From Octopus sinensis (Eukaryota), in the NCBI RefSeq assembly GCF_006345805.1, contig NC_043000.1, positions 108,872,001-108,936,000 of the forward strand: a stretch of 64,000 bases of DNA, given 5' to 3'. Within the stretch, counting starts at the first letter, position 1. The number at the start of each line of letters is the position of its first letter. A model generated the notes under the pieces. It was given only the letters and a program-made list of their open reading frames with translations, searched no databases and was not told the DNA's origin. A program made the position numbers and the translations under genes. Below, one piece after another: positions 1 through 12,770 of this stretch.

Positions 1-107
1 AATCAACTCCCGGTACTTATTCTATTCGTTTCTTAAGTCGAACTGCTAAGTTACAGAGATGTAAACAAACCAACACCGGTTGTCAAGTGGCGGGTAAAGA
101 TAGACAC
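1..107 (-). mobile_element. SINE family A, partial internal/3' part cut by window edge
   Basis: Diverged match to the SINE A body at 1768-2237 (cttattctat..gaactgctaagttac..gtaaacaaaccaacaccggttgtcaag). Confidence 0.6.
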
Positions 108-180
108 ACGTACACACACGCACACACACATACATACATACATATATACATACACACATGCATACATAGATGTATTCAGT

Positions 181-203
181 AAATAATAATAATAATAATA
201 ATA

Positions 204-273
<70 letters not shown>
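181..273. repeat. (AAT)n microsatellite; second array at about 699-777
   Basis: Direct reading; the two arrays bracket the R4/Dong fragment. Confidence 0.95.
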
Positions 274-697
274 TAAGGCCAACAGGCCAGATATAGTTGT
301 CAGAGATCATGAAGGAAAAAAATGCTTTCTAATTGATGTATTAATACTAGCAGATAACGAGTCTCTAAAAGAAATGAAGAAACTTTCAAAATACAAAGAT
401 CTGGAAATGGAGGGAACTCGAATGTGGAGTCTAAAAACAGAACCAATTCCTATCATAGTAGGTGCATTAGGCATGATAAAAAATATTCAGACAAATACAT
501 AACAAAAACACCAGGACTTACAAACACATATAACATACAGAAAATTGCACTACTAGGCACTGCACACATCCTACGCAGAACACTTTCCATACAATAACCA
601 TCAGAGCATCACAACAAATCACAGCACATACCCAAGGCACACAGAGCTGCGCTCGGTAGTGAAGTGAAAGCACGCCATAAAAATAAAACTACTAAAT
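274..697 (+). mobile_element. 5'-truncated R4/Dong-clade non-LTR retrotransposon (RLE domain + 3' UTR)
   Basis: Translation KANRPDIVVRD..CFLIDV..KYKDLEME..MW..PIIVGALG is the PD-(D/E)xK restriction-like endonuclease C-terminus typical of R4/Dong elements. Both ends abut (AAT)n. Confidence 0.8.
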
Positions 698-698
698 G

Positions 699-756
<58 letters not shown>

Positions 757-778
757 CAATTATAATAATAATAATAAT

Positions 779-1394
779 CCTTTGTACATCGACCCCAGTG
801 CGAAGTACCTATTTCTTTACTGCCCACAAGGGGATACAGACAGAGGGGACAAACGGATTAAGTCGATTATATCGACCCCAGTGCGTAACTGGTACTTATT
901 TAATCGACTCCGAAAGGATGAAAGGCAAAGTCGACCTCGGCGGAATTTGAACTCAGAACGTAGCGGCAGACGAAATACCTATTTCTTTACTACCCACAAG
1001 GGGCTAAACACAGAGGAGACAAACAAGGACTGACAAACGGATTAAGTCGATTACATCGACCCCAGTGCTTCACTGGTACTTAATTTATTGATCCCGAAAG
1101 GATGAAAGGCAAAGTCGACCTCGGCGGAATTTGAACTCAGAACGTGAAGACAGACGAAATACCTATTTCTTTACTACCCACAAGGGGCTAAACACAGAGA
1201 GGACAAACAAGGACTGACAAACGGATTAAGTCGATTACATCGACCCCAGTGCTTCACTGGTACTTAATTTATTGATCCCAAAAGGATGAAAGGCAAAGTC
1301 GACCTCGGCGGAATTTGAACTCAGAACGTAACGGCAGACGAAATACGGCTACGCATTTCGCCCGGCGTGCTAACGTTTCTGCCAGCTCGCCGCC
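779..1394 (-). mobile_element. SINE family B, head-to-tail multimer (one tRNA-like head plus repeated units of about 183 bp)
   Basis: Head GGCGGCGAGCTGGCAGAAACGTTAGC with B-box GAGTTCAAATTC. The cgaccccagtg motif recurs at about 790, 874, 1057 and 1239. Confidence 0.85.
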
Positions 1395-1767
1395 ATAATA
1401 ATAATAATAATGATGATGATGATGATGATGATGATAATTATAAGCTTTAAGGTTATGAATGTTCACCGTATATTGGCTACAGAAAATAGTCTAATACAAG
1501 CTCCCGACGGAAAAAAAAAGTGGGTTTCCGTACGCCTGGGAATCGATTTATAAAAAAATTTCACTCGTCACCCCTTCTTCATTTAACACAGAATACGCGC
1601 GCGCACACACATGCACGTCGACCCGGGGCTACAGTAGAAGACTCGAAAACCTCAATAAAGTTTTGAATATGTAAAAAAAAAAAAACCTGTTTGATCCTTT
1701 TGGTAGTGAGAAAAAAGAAACATCCAACAAATATTGTTTGATCTATTTCTTCAGGCTTTTCATAATA

Positions 1768-2032
1768 CTCTTTTACTTGTTTCAGTCATTTGACTGCGGC
1801 CATGCTGGAGCACCGCCTTTAATCGAGCAACTCGACCCCGGGACTTATTCTTTTGTAAGCCCAGTACTTATTCTATCGGTCTATTTTGCCGAACCGCTAA
1901 GTAACGGGGACATAAACACACCAGCATCGGTTGTCAAGCAATGCTAGGGGGACAAATACAGACACACAAACACACCAGCATCGGTTGTCAAGCAATGCTA
2001 GGGGTACAAATACAGACACACAAACACACACA

Positions 2033-2072
<40 letters not shown>

Positions 2073-2237
2073 TACGACGGGCTTATTTCGGTTTCCGTCT
2101 ACCAAATCCACTCACAAGGCTTTGGTCGGCCCGAGGCTATAGCAGAAGACACTTGCCCAAGATGCCACGCAGTGGGACTGAACCTGGAACCATGTGGTTG
2201 GTAAACAAGCTACTTACCACACAGCCACTCCTGCGCC
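1768..2237 (-). mobile_element. SINE family A, full length, with a 57-bp internal tandem duplication
   Basis: tRNA-like head GGCGCAGGAGTGGCTGTGTGG..GGTTCAGTCCC, CORE-like CTTGGGCAAGTGTCTT, internal (TA)n, tail GGCGGTGCTCCAGCATGGCCGCAGTCAAATGACTGAAACAAGTAAAAGAG. Duplication at about 1917-2030. Confidence 0.9.
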
Positions 2238-2999
2238 TATAATGTTTAAGATAATTAGTAATGGATTAAGTGAAAAGCTTTCAAATGAGACGGTAGTGGA
2301 GTGAACGTTGAGAAGAGGATGTACGAACAATATTGCTGGCCTTGTGCCAAAATTAGAAAGAATTATGAATGTTAAGCATTTCCCAAAATTAGTCATTAAA
2401 AATTTATTTATTTATCTGATAATTATTTAAATATGAGAGTAGAGTTTCGCTAAAAGAGGTTTTAATGTATGTCAGCTTCCAAGATGAGAAGCGCAGAATG
2501 AGGAGAAAACAGTTGGTGATGAAATCAACGTTAAATAAAATGTTTCTGTTGACGATACTGTTGCTGCTGCTGCTGCTGCTGCTGTTGCCGTTGATGAGGA
2601 TGATAACTGGTGAGGATCATCATCACCATGAAATTTTATGACTGATTAGTCAGGGTAAAAATTTTAAGAGGAAGTCTTTCGCCAAAAAAAATTTTAATTG
2701 GTCGTAAAGGATTGTTATTGTTAATCCCATTGCCATGGCAACCATCACCATCACCATCACCATCATCATCATTATTATTAGTATTGTTGTCGTTGTTGTT
2801 TTTGTTGTCATTTAGTTTTTTTTAATGTTTTTTTTTGGTTAAATATTTATATTTCAGGAGGATGTTAAAACCGTTCCCGAGACCAGATTCGCAAACCAGG
2901 AATGTAAATTGGCCTTCGAAATTAGGAGAGATTACTGGAAATAAACTTATATACGCCCACTCTTGATATATATGAATGCATCTATCTACCTACCTGTCT

Positions 3000-3020
3000 A
3001 TATGTATGTATGTATATATA

Positions 3021-3110
<90 letters not shown>

Positions 3111-3306
3111 TATATATTCATATAGACAATCATATACATATATATACATACATATACGTATATATATATACATACATATACGTATATATATATACATATA
3201 CATATATATGTATATATATACGTATATATATACATACATATACATATATATGTATATATATACGTATATATATACATACATATACATATATATGCATATA
3301 TATACG

Positions 3307-3341
<35 letters not shown>

Positions 3342-3385
3342 GCATATATATACGTGTATATATACATATATATATATATATTATA

Positions 3386-3430
<45 letters not shown>
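3000..3430. repeat. Compound (TA)n/(TATACATA)n microsatellite
   Basis: Direct reading; it explains the YIYI pseudo-ORFs. Confidence 0.95.
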
Positions 3431-3434
<4 letters not shown>

Positions 3435-3840
3435 TTTCGTCGTTTTTTCCCTTTTGCCTGCGTGGTTTGTTTTCAAGTGCTTTGGTTTTTCTGGGAACCC
3501 CCTTTAAAGTAGAAGGAATAGCTAAGATTTTTTGACTACTATTTCTAAACTTCGGTATGTGGTGAAGCAAAGGGTTGCTAAACCCTATTTATAAAGTATA
3601 TATATATATATATACATACATATACATACGTATATATACATACATATACATACATAAATGCACACACACACATACATATATATATATACACACATTCATA
3701 ATATGTACATGCGTGCTCATTTACACTTACATAGGCATTTATATATTTACGTTTTTATACGCATGTGCATAAATGCATTTATATTTATATGGAATATAAA
3801 AGATATTGAAGTAAAAAAAACAAAAAAAATAATGTAAGAT

Positions 3841-3872
<32 letters not shown>

Positions 3873-4224
3873 AGAAGAAAAGAAGAAGAAGAAGGTGATG
3901 GTGATGAACTAAGAGAGGAATGAAGAAGATGTAAGCTTTTTATTTGTTGTTCATCCGGATTTCTTGGGAGAAGAATGCAAATGTCAACGGCAGCTGTTGT
4001 TGTTTATCACTGGGGCACAATGGCGGTGTAAGATCTTCAGCACTGTTCAAGACAGATTTAGGTAAGATAAAATGGTAAATTTATTCTTTCGTGCTGAAAT
4101 ATTTCAATGAACGAAAACGCTAAATATAGAAGTATCCAAAATTCTGTCTGCCTCGTTTTTCTTAATATGCAAAATCTGTACATCACTTCTAACAACCTAT
4201 ATGTACATACATACATTCATACAT

Positions 4225-4444
<220 letters not shown>

Positions 4445-4838
4445 ATATATGTATGTATATATATATATATAGAGAGAGAGAGGGGGAGAGAAAGAAAGAG
4501 AGATTATACCCCCATACCAATGCGCAAGAAAATGACTGAATTGTTCTTTTGTATTCACTCTACAATGGATTATATTAATCCTGTCCTATGGAATATGTCA
4601 CATATTTCGGGGGTAGCCAGATGAAGGGAGGAAGTGAGTAATGTCGGGTACCCAGGCCATGGTAACTGAAGCTCTCCAGCTGGTCATGCGAGTACAATGC
4701 ATGATTTGTTTAACGTGTCCTGCCTCTCTTTCTCACACACGTGCGTACGCGCATGCACCACCATAGACATACATACACAAGCAAACACCACCACGGGAAA
4801 GCGTGACCGCAACTAGAGTCCAAGGGATTATATATATA

Positions 4839-5655
4839 TAGTGAAAAAATATTGTCTGGCATGGTCTCATCACATGAAGCTAATAGTAGCGCATAAAAAC
4901 ATATATTGTGTTTATCAAATAATATAGTTTCATGCGATGAGAGCATGCCAGACAATATTTTTTCACTAGCCGTGTCTCAGCACAATTTTCAGGCACTTCT
5001 CATATGGATTAACAAACTAAAAATGGGGCGATAGGATGAGAGAAAAAGTGAGAAAAGGCGAGAAAGATGTAGATATAACAAATAGAAGGTTGAAAAACCG
5101 AAAAATGGAAAAGGAACAGAAAGAAGCAAAAGGATCTGAGTTCTTTCAGCTACGCATGGCTTGCCTTTTTCCGATCCGTTAACATATGGCGTAGAGTTTT
5201 CGACTATTTTCCTCTTAATCGTATGTGGTGTGGCGTTCGATTTCAAACACCATACCTGGCTAGACAACTTAGCTTTACTTTTATCATGTATGGGGCTTGA
5301 AGTCGAACACCATACAACATACAATAAAGTGGAAAATAATCGTAAACTCCACACCATATGTTAACGATTAAAAAATGTAAGCTATGTGTAGCTGAAAGAA
5401 CTCAGATCCTTTTTGAATCTAAGAACTGTAACACGGCTAAATTCTAGATCCGAAATTTTCAGCGGTTCTTTCTCGCTTTTTCTCGCTTTTCCCCTCATCC
5501 TATTGTCACATTTTTAGTTTGTTATGCCATGTAGGCAGAGCCTAAAGATTGTGCTCAGACACCAGATAAGTTTTAAAATATTGTTTGGCATGCTCTCATC
5601 ACATGAAACTTCTAGCAGCATATAAAAGCATATCTTGTGCTTATCAAATAATATT
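4839..5655. repeat. Fold-back (long imperfect palindrome, 4926-5610) with an extra 44-bp-arm hairpin at 4839-4968
   Basis: Several segments pair in inverted order around about 5270 (e.g. AAGGATCTGAGTTCTTTCAGCTAC about 5129 vs GTAGCTGAAAGAACTCAGATCCTT about 5388). Hairpin arms 4839-4882 and 4925-4968 have 3 mismatches in 44 bp. Confidence 0.85.
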
Positions 5656-6228
5656 TATCTCTTGCCAGACGGAGTGCTTTTTTTGTTGACCTTACCATCA
5701 CGGAACGTTATGTTATGTATGAAATATAAGTGAGTAACAAAGAGGTACAGGTGTCAATTCATAACGGCTATTTCGAACGACTCCTTTAATTGATTAATGA
5801 GAGCATTATATCATTGCAAAGAAACCGTTTTCGTCAGATGGATTCATGATCTTCAAACAGAAAGGACAGTTCAACTTCTTCAAAATGTTTAACAACTTCA
5901 CCGAGTAAAAGTATTTACATTGATCTTGCTACCATTCTGTTGGCCAATGTAAATATTGTTACTCATATTGTATTCACCTATCCCGGAATCTACGTTTCGT
6001 AAGTATTATAGACAGTATTTTTACTATAAAGTTCATATCTGAATAGCTACGAGCAGATTTCTTCACTCAGATGGCTCTTATTATCTATCTGCATACACTG
6101 CAAGAACATCATGTGGCCGGCACTTATGCACCAAGTTTATGCATATGCATGTAACTCAGACCTAACAAGGTGCTTCAATTTAAGTAGCTCAGTCAACTGA
6201 ATTGGGATTGCATTACACACACACACAC

Positions 6229-6260
<32 letters not shown>

Positions 6261-6499
6261 CATGCATATGTATACATACATGCATATGTATACATATATG
6301 CATACGTATACCTACCTACATACATTGATTTATATGGTAAATACTATCTACTGACGGTCGGGATTTGGCCAAACCACTCAGCTAAGAGGATTTTTATCTC
6401 TTATTTCTAGCAACGTAGTTGCTACCCTGCACCGTCAGTCACAAATAATGACAATTGAATTCTTCCGTTTTGGTTTTATATTGCTTATATCCACCTTTG

Positions 6500-6550
<51 letters not shown>

Positions 6551-6552
<2 letters not shown>

Positions 6553-8040
6553 TAGTTTCAGCTCAGAGCTGTGGCCATGCTACACTGTTATTGAGAGCCT
6601 CCTCCAATATGTGGCATTTGGTGAATAAGGGAGTTTGATATCGTTACCCTCATTTGCACCTCTTTGCCGCGAGGTAGGTTCATCTGAGACTCTCGGCAGG
6701 AAGAGGTCCAGTTTTCATTTAAAAACATCTACATCCACTTTGTGTAGGTCCCCCAGGTTCTTAAGGAGAATATTAAAAAAACTGTGGGTTCCTAAAACCC
6801 AGGCTGTTGTAGTAACTGGTCCTGAAGCGCGAGTGCATTGTTGAGATCTTTGGCACTGTGCAGTGTTGACCCATTCTGGCATTTGTGTAACTTTCAATGC
6901 CAAAATTTGGCAGAATTCCTTCCAAGATCTTCCAGATATATATTACTGTATACCTATCCCGCTTTCGCTCCAGGGTGTAGAGTCACAGCCGTTTCAGTTT
7001 TTCCCAGTAGCTGCGCTGTTGCAATGAGACGATCTTTGTGAATCTTCGCTGGATTGCTTCAAGGTCGGCTGTTAATTTTATACTCCCATAGCTGGGAGCA
7101 GTAATCCAGGCGGCTGAGGGCCATCATAGTTTCCTTCTCATTGGTTCTGAACGTTCTTAGGATCCATCCAGCCAGTCGTCTGCACTTTGCCACCATCCTG
7201 GTAATGTGCACTTGGAAAGAGGTATCATCACTCATGCCGATACCCAGGTCCCTCACTGATTTAAGCTCTGGGATTGTAATCCGCTGTGGATCAGTGAACC
7301 CTGTAAGTTTTATATTCAGTTTTGAATGCTCGTAGCGCAGGGCTTGGAATTTTTCAGCATTAAACTGCATATCATTGTCCTCAGCCCATCTGAAAATTAA
7401 GTCCAGCTCTTGCTGCAGATGCGCAACATCGTTGAGGTCTCTGTATTTTTTGCGTGACTTTCGTATCGTCTGTGCAACTAGCTAGGGTGGGTGTCCGGGC
7501 AGCTGAGGGCATATCTGAGAGGGCCATTTTGAAAAGCAGTGATCCCAGGACGGTAGCCTGTGGAACACCGCTCACTATTTGTGTTTACATATAGATGGCT
7601 CCATTGGCCACTACTGCCTGACTTCTATCTTTCAGAAAGTCATGTAACCATTCTCCAAGTTTTCCAGCTATACCGAGATCACGCAGTTTGTGGCATATCA
7701 TACCATGATACACCTTGATTTGTTGAGTAACTGCGTCAACACCCAGTCATAATGTTGTAAGAGCTGGGCCAGGCAGCTCTTACCTGGTGGAAATCCAACA
7801 ACACGAAACGTTCTAGATTCATGCCAATGTCAGGTGTGGAGAGACATTTCGGTCAGTCCTCTTTTTGGATCATTTTCCAGTCTGCTTCGTGGAAGTTCAG
7901 ATTGGAGAGATTTTGGGTGCTGCCTTTAGGCTGTATGTCTCTGGCTACTTTCAGCCCAAACATAGACAGCTCTATTATGTTGTGGTCCGAAACTAATGTC
8001 GGCGTCACTTTCACATCATGAACGATGTCCGTATTTGAAA
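6551..8040 (-). mobile_element. CR1-group LINE, internally deleted copy (APE C-terminus + RT + 3' tail), subfamily beta
   Basis: SGVPQATVLGSLLF, DDTKV, QFNAEKFQAL, WILRTFRT, SRLDYCSQLW; tail AGCATGGCCACAGCTCTGAGCTGAAACTAG at 6551; DNA matches the 42283-43900 copy. Confidence 0.85.
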
Positions 8041-8107
8041 AAATCTATTACAAAATAAAAAAAAAAAACACTACACGCTTTGAATTTCAGTGCATTTACA
8101 AATCCCG

Positions 8108-8192
<85 letters not shown>

Positions 8193-8216
8193 CATATATA
8201 TATTTATATATACATA

Positions 8217-8543
8217 GGCGTAGGAGTTGCTGTGTGGTAAGTAGCTTGCTTACGAAACACATGGATTTGGTAGACGGAAACTGAAAGAAACCCGTCGTAT
8301 ATATGTGTATATGTATGTGTGAGTGTGTGTGTGTGTGTATGTGTTTGTGTCTCTGTGTTTGTTCCCCAACATCGCTTGACAACCGATACTGGTGTGTTTA
8401 CGTCCCCGTAAAGTAGCGGTTCGGCAAAAGAGACCGATAGAATAAGTACTAGGCTTCCAAAGAATAAGTACTGGGGTAGGTTTGCTCGACTAAAGGGGGT
8501 GCTCTAGCATGGCCACAGTCAAATGACTGAAACAAGTAAAAGA

Positions 8544-8545
<2 letters not shown>
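8217..8545 (+). mobile_element. SINE family A with internal deletion, flanked by (TA)n on both sides
   Basis: Head at 8217; deletion joins ACATGG to ATTTGG; tail ends AAGTAAAAGAG at about 8545. Confidence 0.85.
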
Positions 8546-8627
<82 letters not shown>

Positions 8628-8960
8628 GTGTATGTTTACATATAGAACTATGACTTCTTGTGTACTGGGTCTGCTTACTAACGTCTCGTTTCTGCCTCTT
8701 GCTTTACTTATATCAATTGTTTCTTCTGCGCTCATACACTTTCTGCTTCTCTCAAACTCGACCGATCTTTTTTCCGTTTCATCTCCGTTTTATTACTTTA
8801 CATTACAGACATTCAACTGTTGTTGTTGTTGTTGTTGCTTGGCTGCTGAATCTCCTCATACTCCACCTCACTGCTAGCTTTTACTTCTCAGAACTATCAT
8901 CACCTCTGCCGTCACCCACATTAGATCCATTTTGTAAAAGCAGCTTTTGATGGACGAGAT

Positions 8961-8996
<36 letters not shown>

Positions 8997-9508
8997 CTAC
9001 GTGATGATTTCGCAGAACTTGTCCTATGGTACAGCTACAAATAGGTCAGTTTATCCATGGGAACCGACTTTGCTCCAAAGCGTCCCCCCCCCTTTTTCCC
9101 CCCTTTCTGCAGCTGTCTCCCTGACAAGCATGCCTATCCATCTCCCTTACTATTTGCTTCGCTTTATCAGTCTATCTGCCATATTTCTCTCTTCGTAACC
9201 TTCTCATCTAACAGCTTCTCTTTAACGGAGATCTACTTGTCTGGCGAGTGATTGGAGCTGACACTCTTATGTTGAAACGAAAACAATTACAGCCTGAAAG
9301 ATCTTTCTTAACCGGTCAAAAACACACAAAGGCTGTTAATTTCACACAAACATTTATTCTTTCGTGTTAAAATTTTCGTTGCACCAAACTGTGACAAAGT
9401 TTCACTGCACCTCAGTCTTTGGATGTTAGTTAATTACTAATATATGTCTTTCGTGCTATAATTGTTTACTTTTTCCAGATAATGTCAATATTTACAAACG
9501 TGTGGTTA

Positions 9509-11175
9509 CGAGGGTCAGCTGAAAAGTTCATAAGCTGACCAAGATACTCTCATGGAATGTGACAAAATGAGTTTTTTTTTTTCAACATAATCCCTTTGCA
9601 GTCCACACACTTCATCCATCAGTGCTGCTGTGCTTGGATCCTATTGGGGAAGAAGCTCTCATCCTGTTAGTCAAAAACGTCATCAACAACAGATATGATG
9701 TCTTCATCACTGCGGTACTGGTTCCCAGCCAAGAGTTTTATTTTTCATATTGGGGAACAAATGACAGTCAGATGGGGCCAAATTAGGAGAATAGGGTTGG
9801 TGGTCAACCAGTTTAAAGCCACAGCAATTATTGAAACCAGGGACGTCTGTGTTGGACCATTGACTTCATGAAACAAGACCCCGTTCGTCAGTTTTCCTGG
9901 GCGTTTTGGTCTTGATAATCTTTCGTAACTGCCTCAACAAGCTGGCATAGTACTCTCCATTGATGGTGTAGCCCTTTTTAAGATAGTCAAACACAGTGCT
10001 TTTTGCATCCCCCGAAAGTGGGGCCATCACCTTTTCTGCAGAGGAAATGACCTTGGCCTTCTTTGGAACAGGTGACTCAAAGTAATGAACACACCACTCA
10101 TCCTGAGTGAGGAAACGTTCAAAGAAACTAGCTGGGTCTGCCTCAAACAATGTAAGATTTTGTAGGGATATGATCAGCCCGGTGCGTTTTTTGATCAGGT
10201 GTCATTCACCAAGGCACCCACCGAACAGAAACCACCGATCAGGTGTCATCCAGACGTGGTAACCACCGAGCAGAAACCTTTGTCATGCCAAGTTCACTGT
10301 AAAGAATATTCTCAACTCTCTCACGGGATATTCTAATTGCATTCACTATTTCATTTATAGTCAATAACCTGTGATCCATCACAATATGGTGGACACGATT
10401 AATGTTTTCACCAGAGGTGGAAGTTTCGGGACATCCAGACTATAGGTCATCTTCAAGACTATCCCTTGCTTACCTAAATTCAGCTGACCCCTTTTGCACT
10501 CTGTCACTTGTTTCAGTCATTTTACTGTGGCCATGCTGGAGCACCGCCTTTAGTCGAGCAAATCGACCCCAGTACTTATTCTTTGGAAGCCTAGTACTTA
10601 TTCTATCGGTATCTTTTGCTGAACCGCTAAGTTACGAGGACGTAAACACACCAGCATCAGTTGTCAAGCGATGTTGGGGGCGGGGACAAACACAGGCACA
10701 CAAAAACATACATATATACATATATACGACGGGCTTCTTTCAGTTTCCGTCTACCAAATCCACTCAGAAGGCTTTGGTCGGCCCGAGGCTATAGTAGAAG
10801 ACACTTGCCTAAGGTGCCACGCAGTGGGACTGAACCCGGAACCATGTGTTTCGTAAGTAAACTACTTACCGCACAGCCACTCCTACGCACTGTTGATAAA
10901 GCTGGAGCATCATCGCCCAATGTGGCAGCCGTATCAACATGAATGCCCTTGATGGGGTCAGCCCCTTTTCTGCAGGTACTTGATGACATTACGATGCTAA
11001 ATTTTGTCCGTTTTCAAAAGAAATCGCAACTAGTTACTTTTGAAGTCTTCTCTGAAGAGTCAGATGTCAGAAACAATGCAGCAATTAAGAAAAATATAAA
11101 CTAATGCATGCAAAAGTTCACAGCTCTAGCACCACTCCTTCATAGCCAGCCTGTGACCTTTTAAGCCCATCCTCG
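9509..11175 (-). mobile_element. Degenerate mariner transposon with both TIRs and TA TSD, interrupted by SINE A
   Basis: TA-CGAGGGTCAGCTGAAAAGTTCATAAGCTGAC at 9507 and its inverse ending ..AAGCCCATCCTCG-TA at 11177. Transposase pieces VIKYLQK..ATLGDDAPALST, LEDD.RSG.P, KVMA..FDYLKKGYTINGEYYASLL. Confidence 0.85.
10506..10888 (-). mobile_element. SINE family A nested in the mariner
   Basis: Full head, body and tail; mariner coding sequence (LST|VQK) continues on both sides. Confidence 0.9.
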
Positions 11176-11250
11176 TAGGCCAAATACGTTTAAGACATAG
11201 TTTGACTTCCAAAGGCAATTTCACTGCAGTTTACCGAGGTTAAAAAATTT

Positions 11251-11470
11251 CTTTTGCTTGTTTCAGTCATTTGACTGCGGCCATCTTGGAGCACCGCCTT
11301 TAGTCGAACAAATCGACTCCAGGAATTATTCTTTGTAAGCATAGTACTTATTCTATCGGTATCTTTTGCTGAACCGCTAAGTTACTGGGACGTAAACACA
11401 CGTAAACTTCGGTTGTGAAGTGATGATGGGGTGGGGTGGGGGTGGGGGGACAAACACAGACACAGAAACA
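11251..11470 (-). mobile_element. SINE family A, 3' half
   Basis: Tail cttgtttcagtcatttgactgcggccatcttggagcaccgcc plus body. Confidence 0.8.
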
Positions 11471-11589
11471 TATATAAGTAAAATATTCGACCTAACCTAA
11501 GGTTTGTTTCTTATCGCTGCTTCACGCTTCAGCTCCTATATTTGTTCTAAGCGGGCGATGGGCGAGTGAGAGCCAGTCACTAATATCGG

Positions 11590-11761
11590 TTTCAAATTCT
11601 GACACAAGGCCAGCAATTTCGGGTGAGAGAACCGCAGCGTACAACTGGTACTTAGTTTATCGATCCCGAAAGAATGACGGGCAAAATCGACCTTAAAGAC
11701 GGACGAAATGCCGCTAAGCATTTTGACCGTCGTGCTAATGATTCTGCCAGCTCACCGCCTT
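11590..11761 (-). mobile_element. SINE family B, diverged
   Basis: Head ctgccagctcaccgcc, core ttatcgatcccgaaagaatga, tail variant gacacaaggccagcaattt. Confidence 0.7.
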
Positions 11762-12013
11762 ACACAAATGGATAACTAGATAGAAATATGGTTAGAAAAA
11801 AAATAAAAAGATATCAAGAAATATGACAGCGTGACAAGGAGATAATAAGGGGGTGAGAGAAGATGAGAAAAAGAGAAAGGAAGAGATAAAGGCAGATATG
11901 TTTAGAGAGATAGGGAGGGGGACAGGGAATGAAAGAGACAGAGAGAGAATATATATGTGTGTGTGTGTCGCCCTCTCTCTCGCTATATCCATATCTATAT
12001 CTATGCATGTGTG

Positions 12014-12075
<62 letters not shown>

Positions 12076-12182
12076 GAGACATGTATTTAGACAGCCTTGT
12101 ATACTTAAACATACAGATGCATAGATATACAGGCACAACAACCATAGAGAGGAGGAGGAGGAGGAGAGAAAGAGAGAGAAAG

Positions 12183-12233
<51 letters not shown>

Positions 12234-12616
12234 AAGAGGTGAGCGAGTATGAGAAAAAGTGAATATAAGAAGCGTAAGTGACAAAGTCAAATTCAGAGCA
12301 ATTTCAGATGATAAATATGTCGTCAACAAGCAACATCCGTTGATATCTTTATTTGACGTCTTTCCCTACACAACCTGACACTCATCAAGTAACATATTGA
12401 ACGACACACAAATACACAAATAAGAGAACAAAACATAGTCTTATATAGAAGTACATACGCAAATGGACGCAGCAGCAGCCATATTTATGATTAAAGCCAG
12501 ATGGGAGGCTAATGAGAGGGGGGAGGGGTGCAGCAGCAGCAGCAGCAGCAGATAATTGCAGCAACATATTGTTCTGCCTCTATTAAGAGACTTTGTCGTT
12601 TGTCTGTCTCTCTCTC

Positions 12617-12648
<32 letters not shown>

Positions 12649-12655
<7 letters not shown>

Positions 12656-12683
12656 ATTTGTACTTTGGTACTTTGGTTCCAAC

Positions 12684-12725
<42 letters not shown>

Positions 12726-12760
12726 GTTGGAACCAAAGTACCAAAGTACAAATACACACA
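12649..12760. repeat. Perfect 112-bp palindrome centred on (AT)18
   Basis: TGTGTGTATTTGTACTTTGGTACTTTGGTTCCAACCCA-(AT)18-TGGGTTGGAACCAAAGTACCAAAGTACAAATACACACA. Confidence 0.95.
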
Positions 12761-12770
12761 TATATATATA

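Noticed and set aside
779-1394. CRISPR-like repeat/spacer array (also the 11-mer at 25410)
   Set aside because: Whole units repeat with no unique spacers, no cas genes, eukaryotic context.
2963-3570. Long YIYI/IYIY ORFs (also at 36509-37194, 41112-42311, 55165-55614 and many others)
   Set aside because: Translations of (TA)n-type microsatellites, which lack stop codons by composition.
2858-4062. Possible exons at the 2858 acceptor (TTTCAG) and 4062 donor (AG|GTAAGA)
   Set aside because: Splice-like signals exist but no frame gives a recognisable product or a matched partner site.
8630-8960. Purine-rich minus-strand frame (GDETEKRSVEFERS..)
   Set aside because: Interrupted by stops and a (CAA)n run; no homology recognised.
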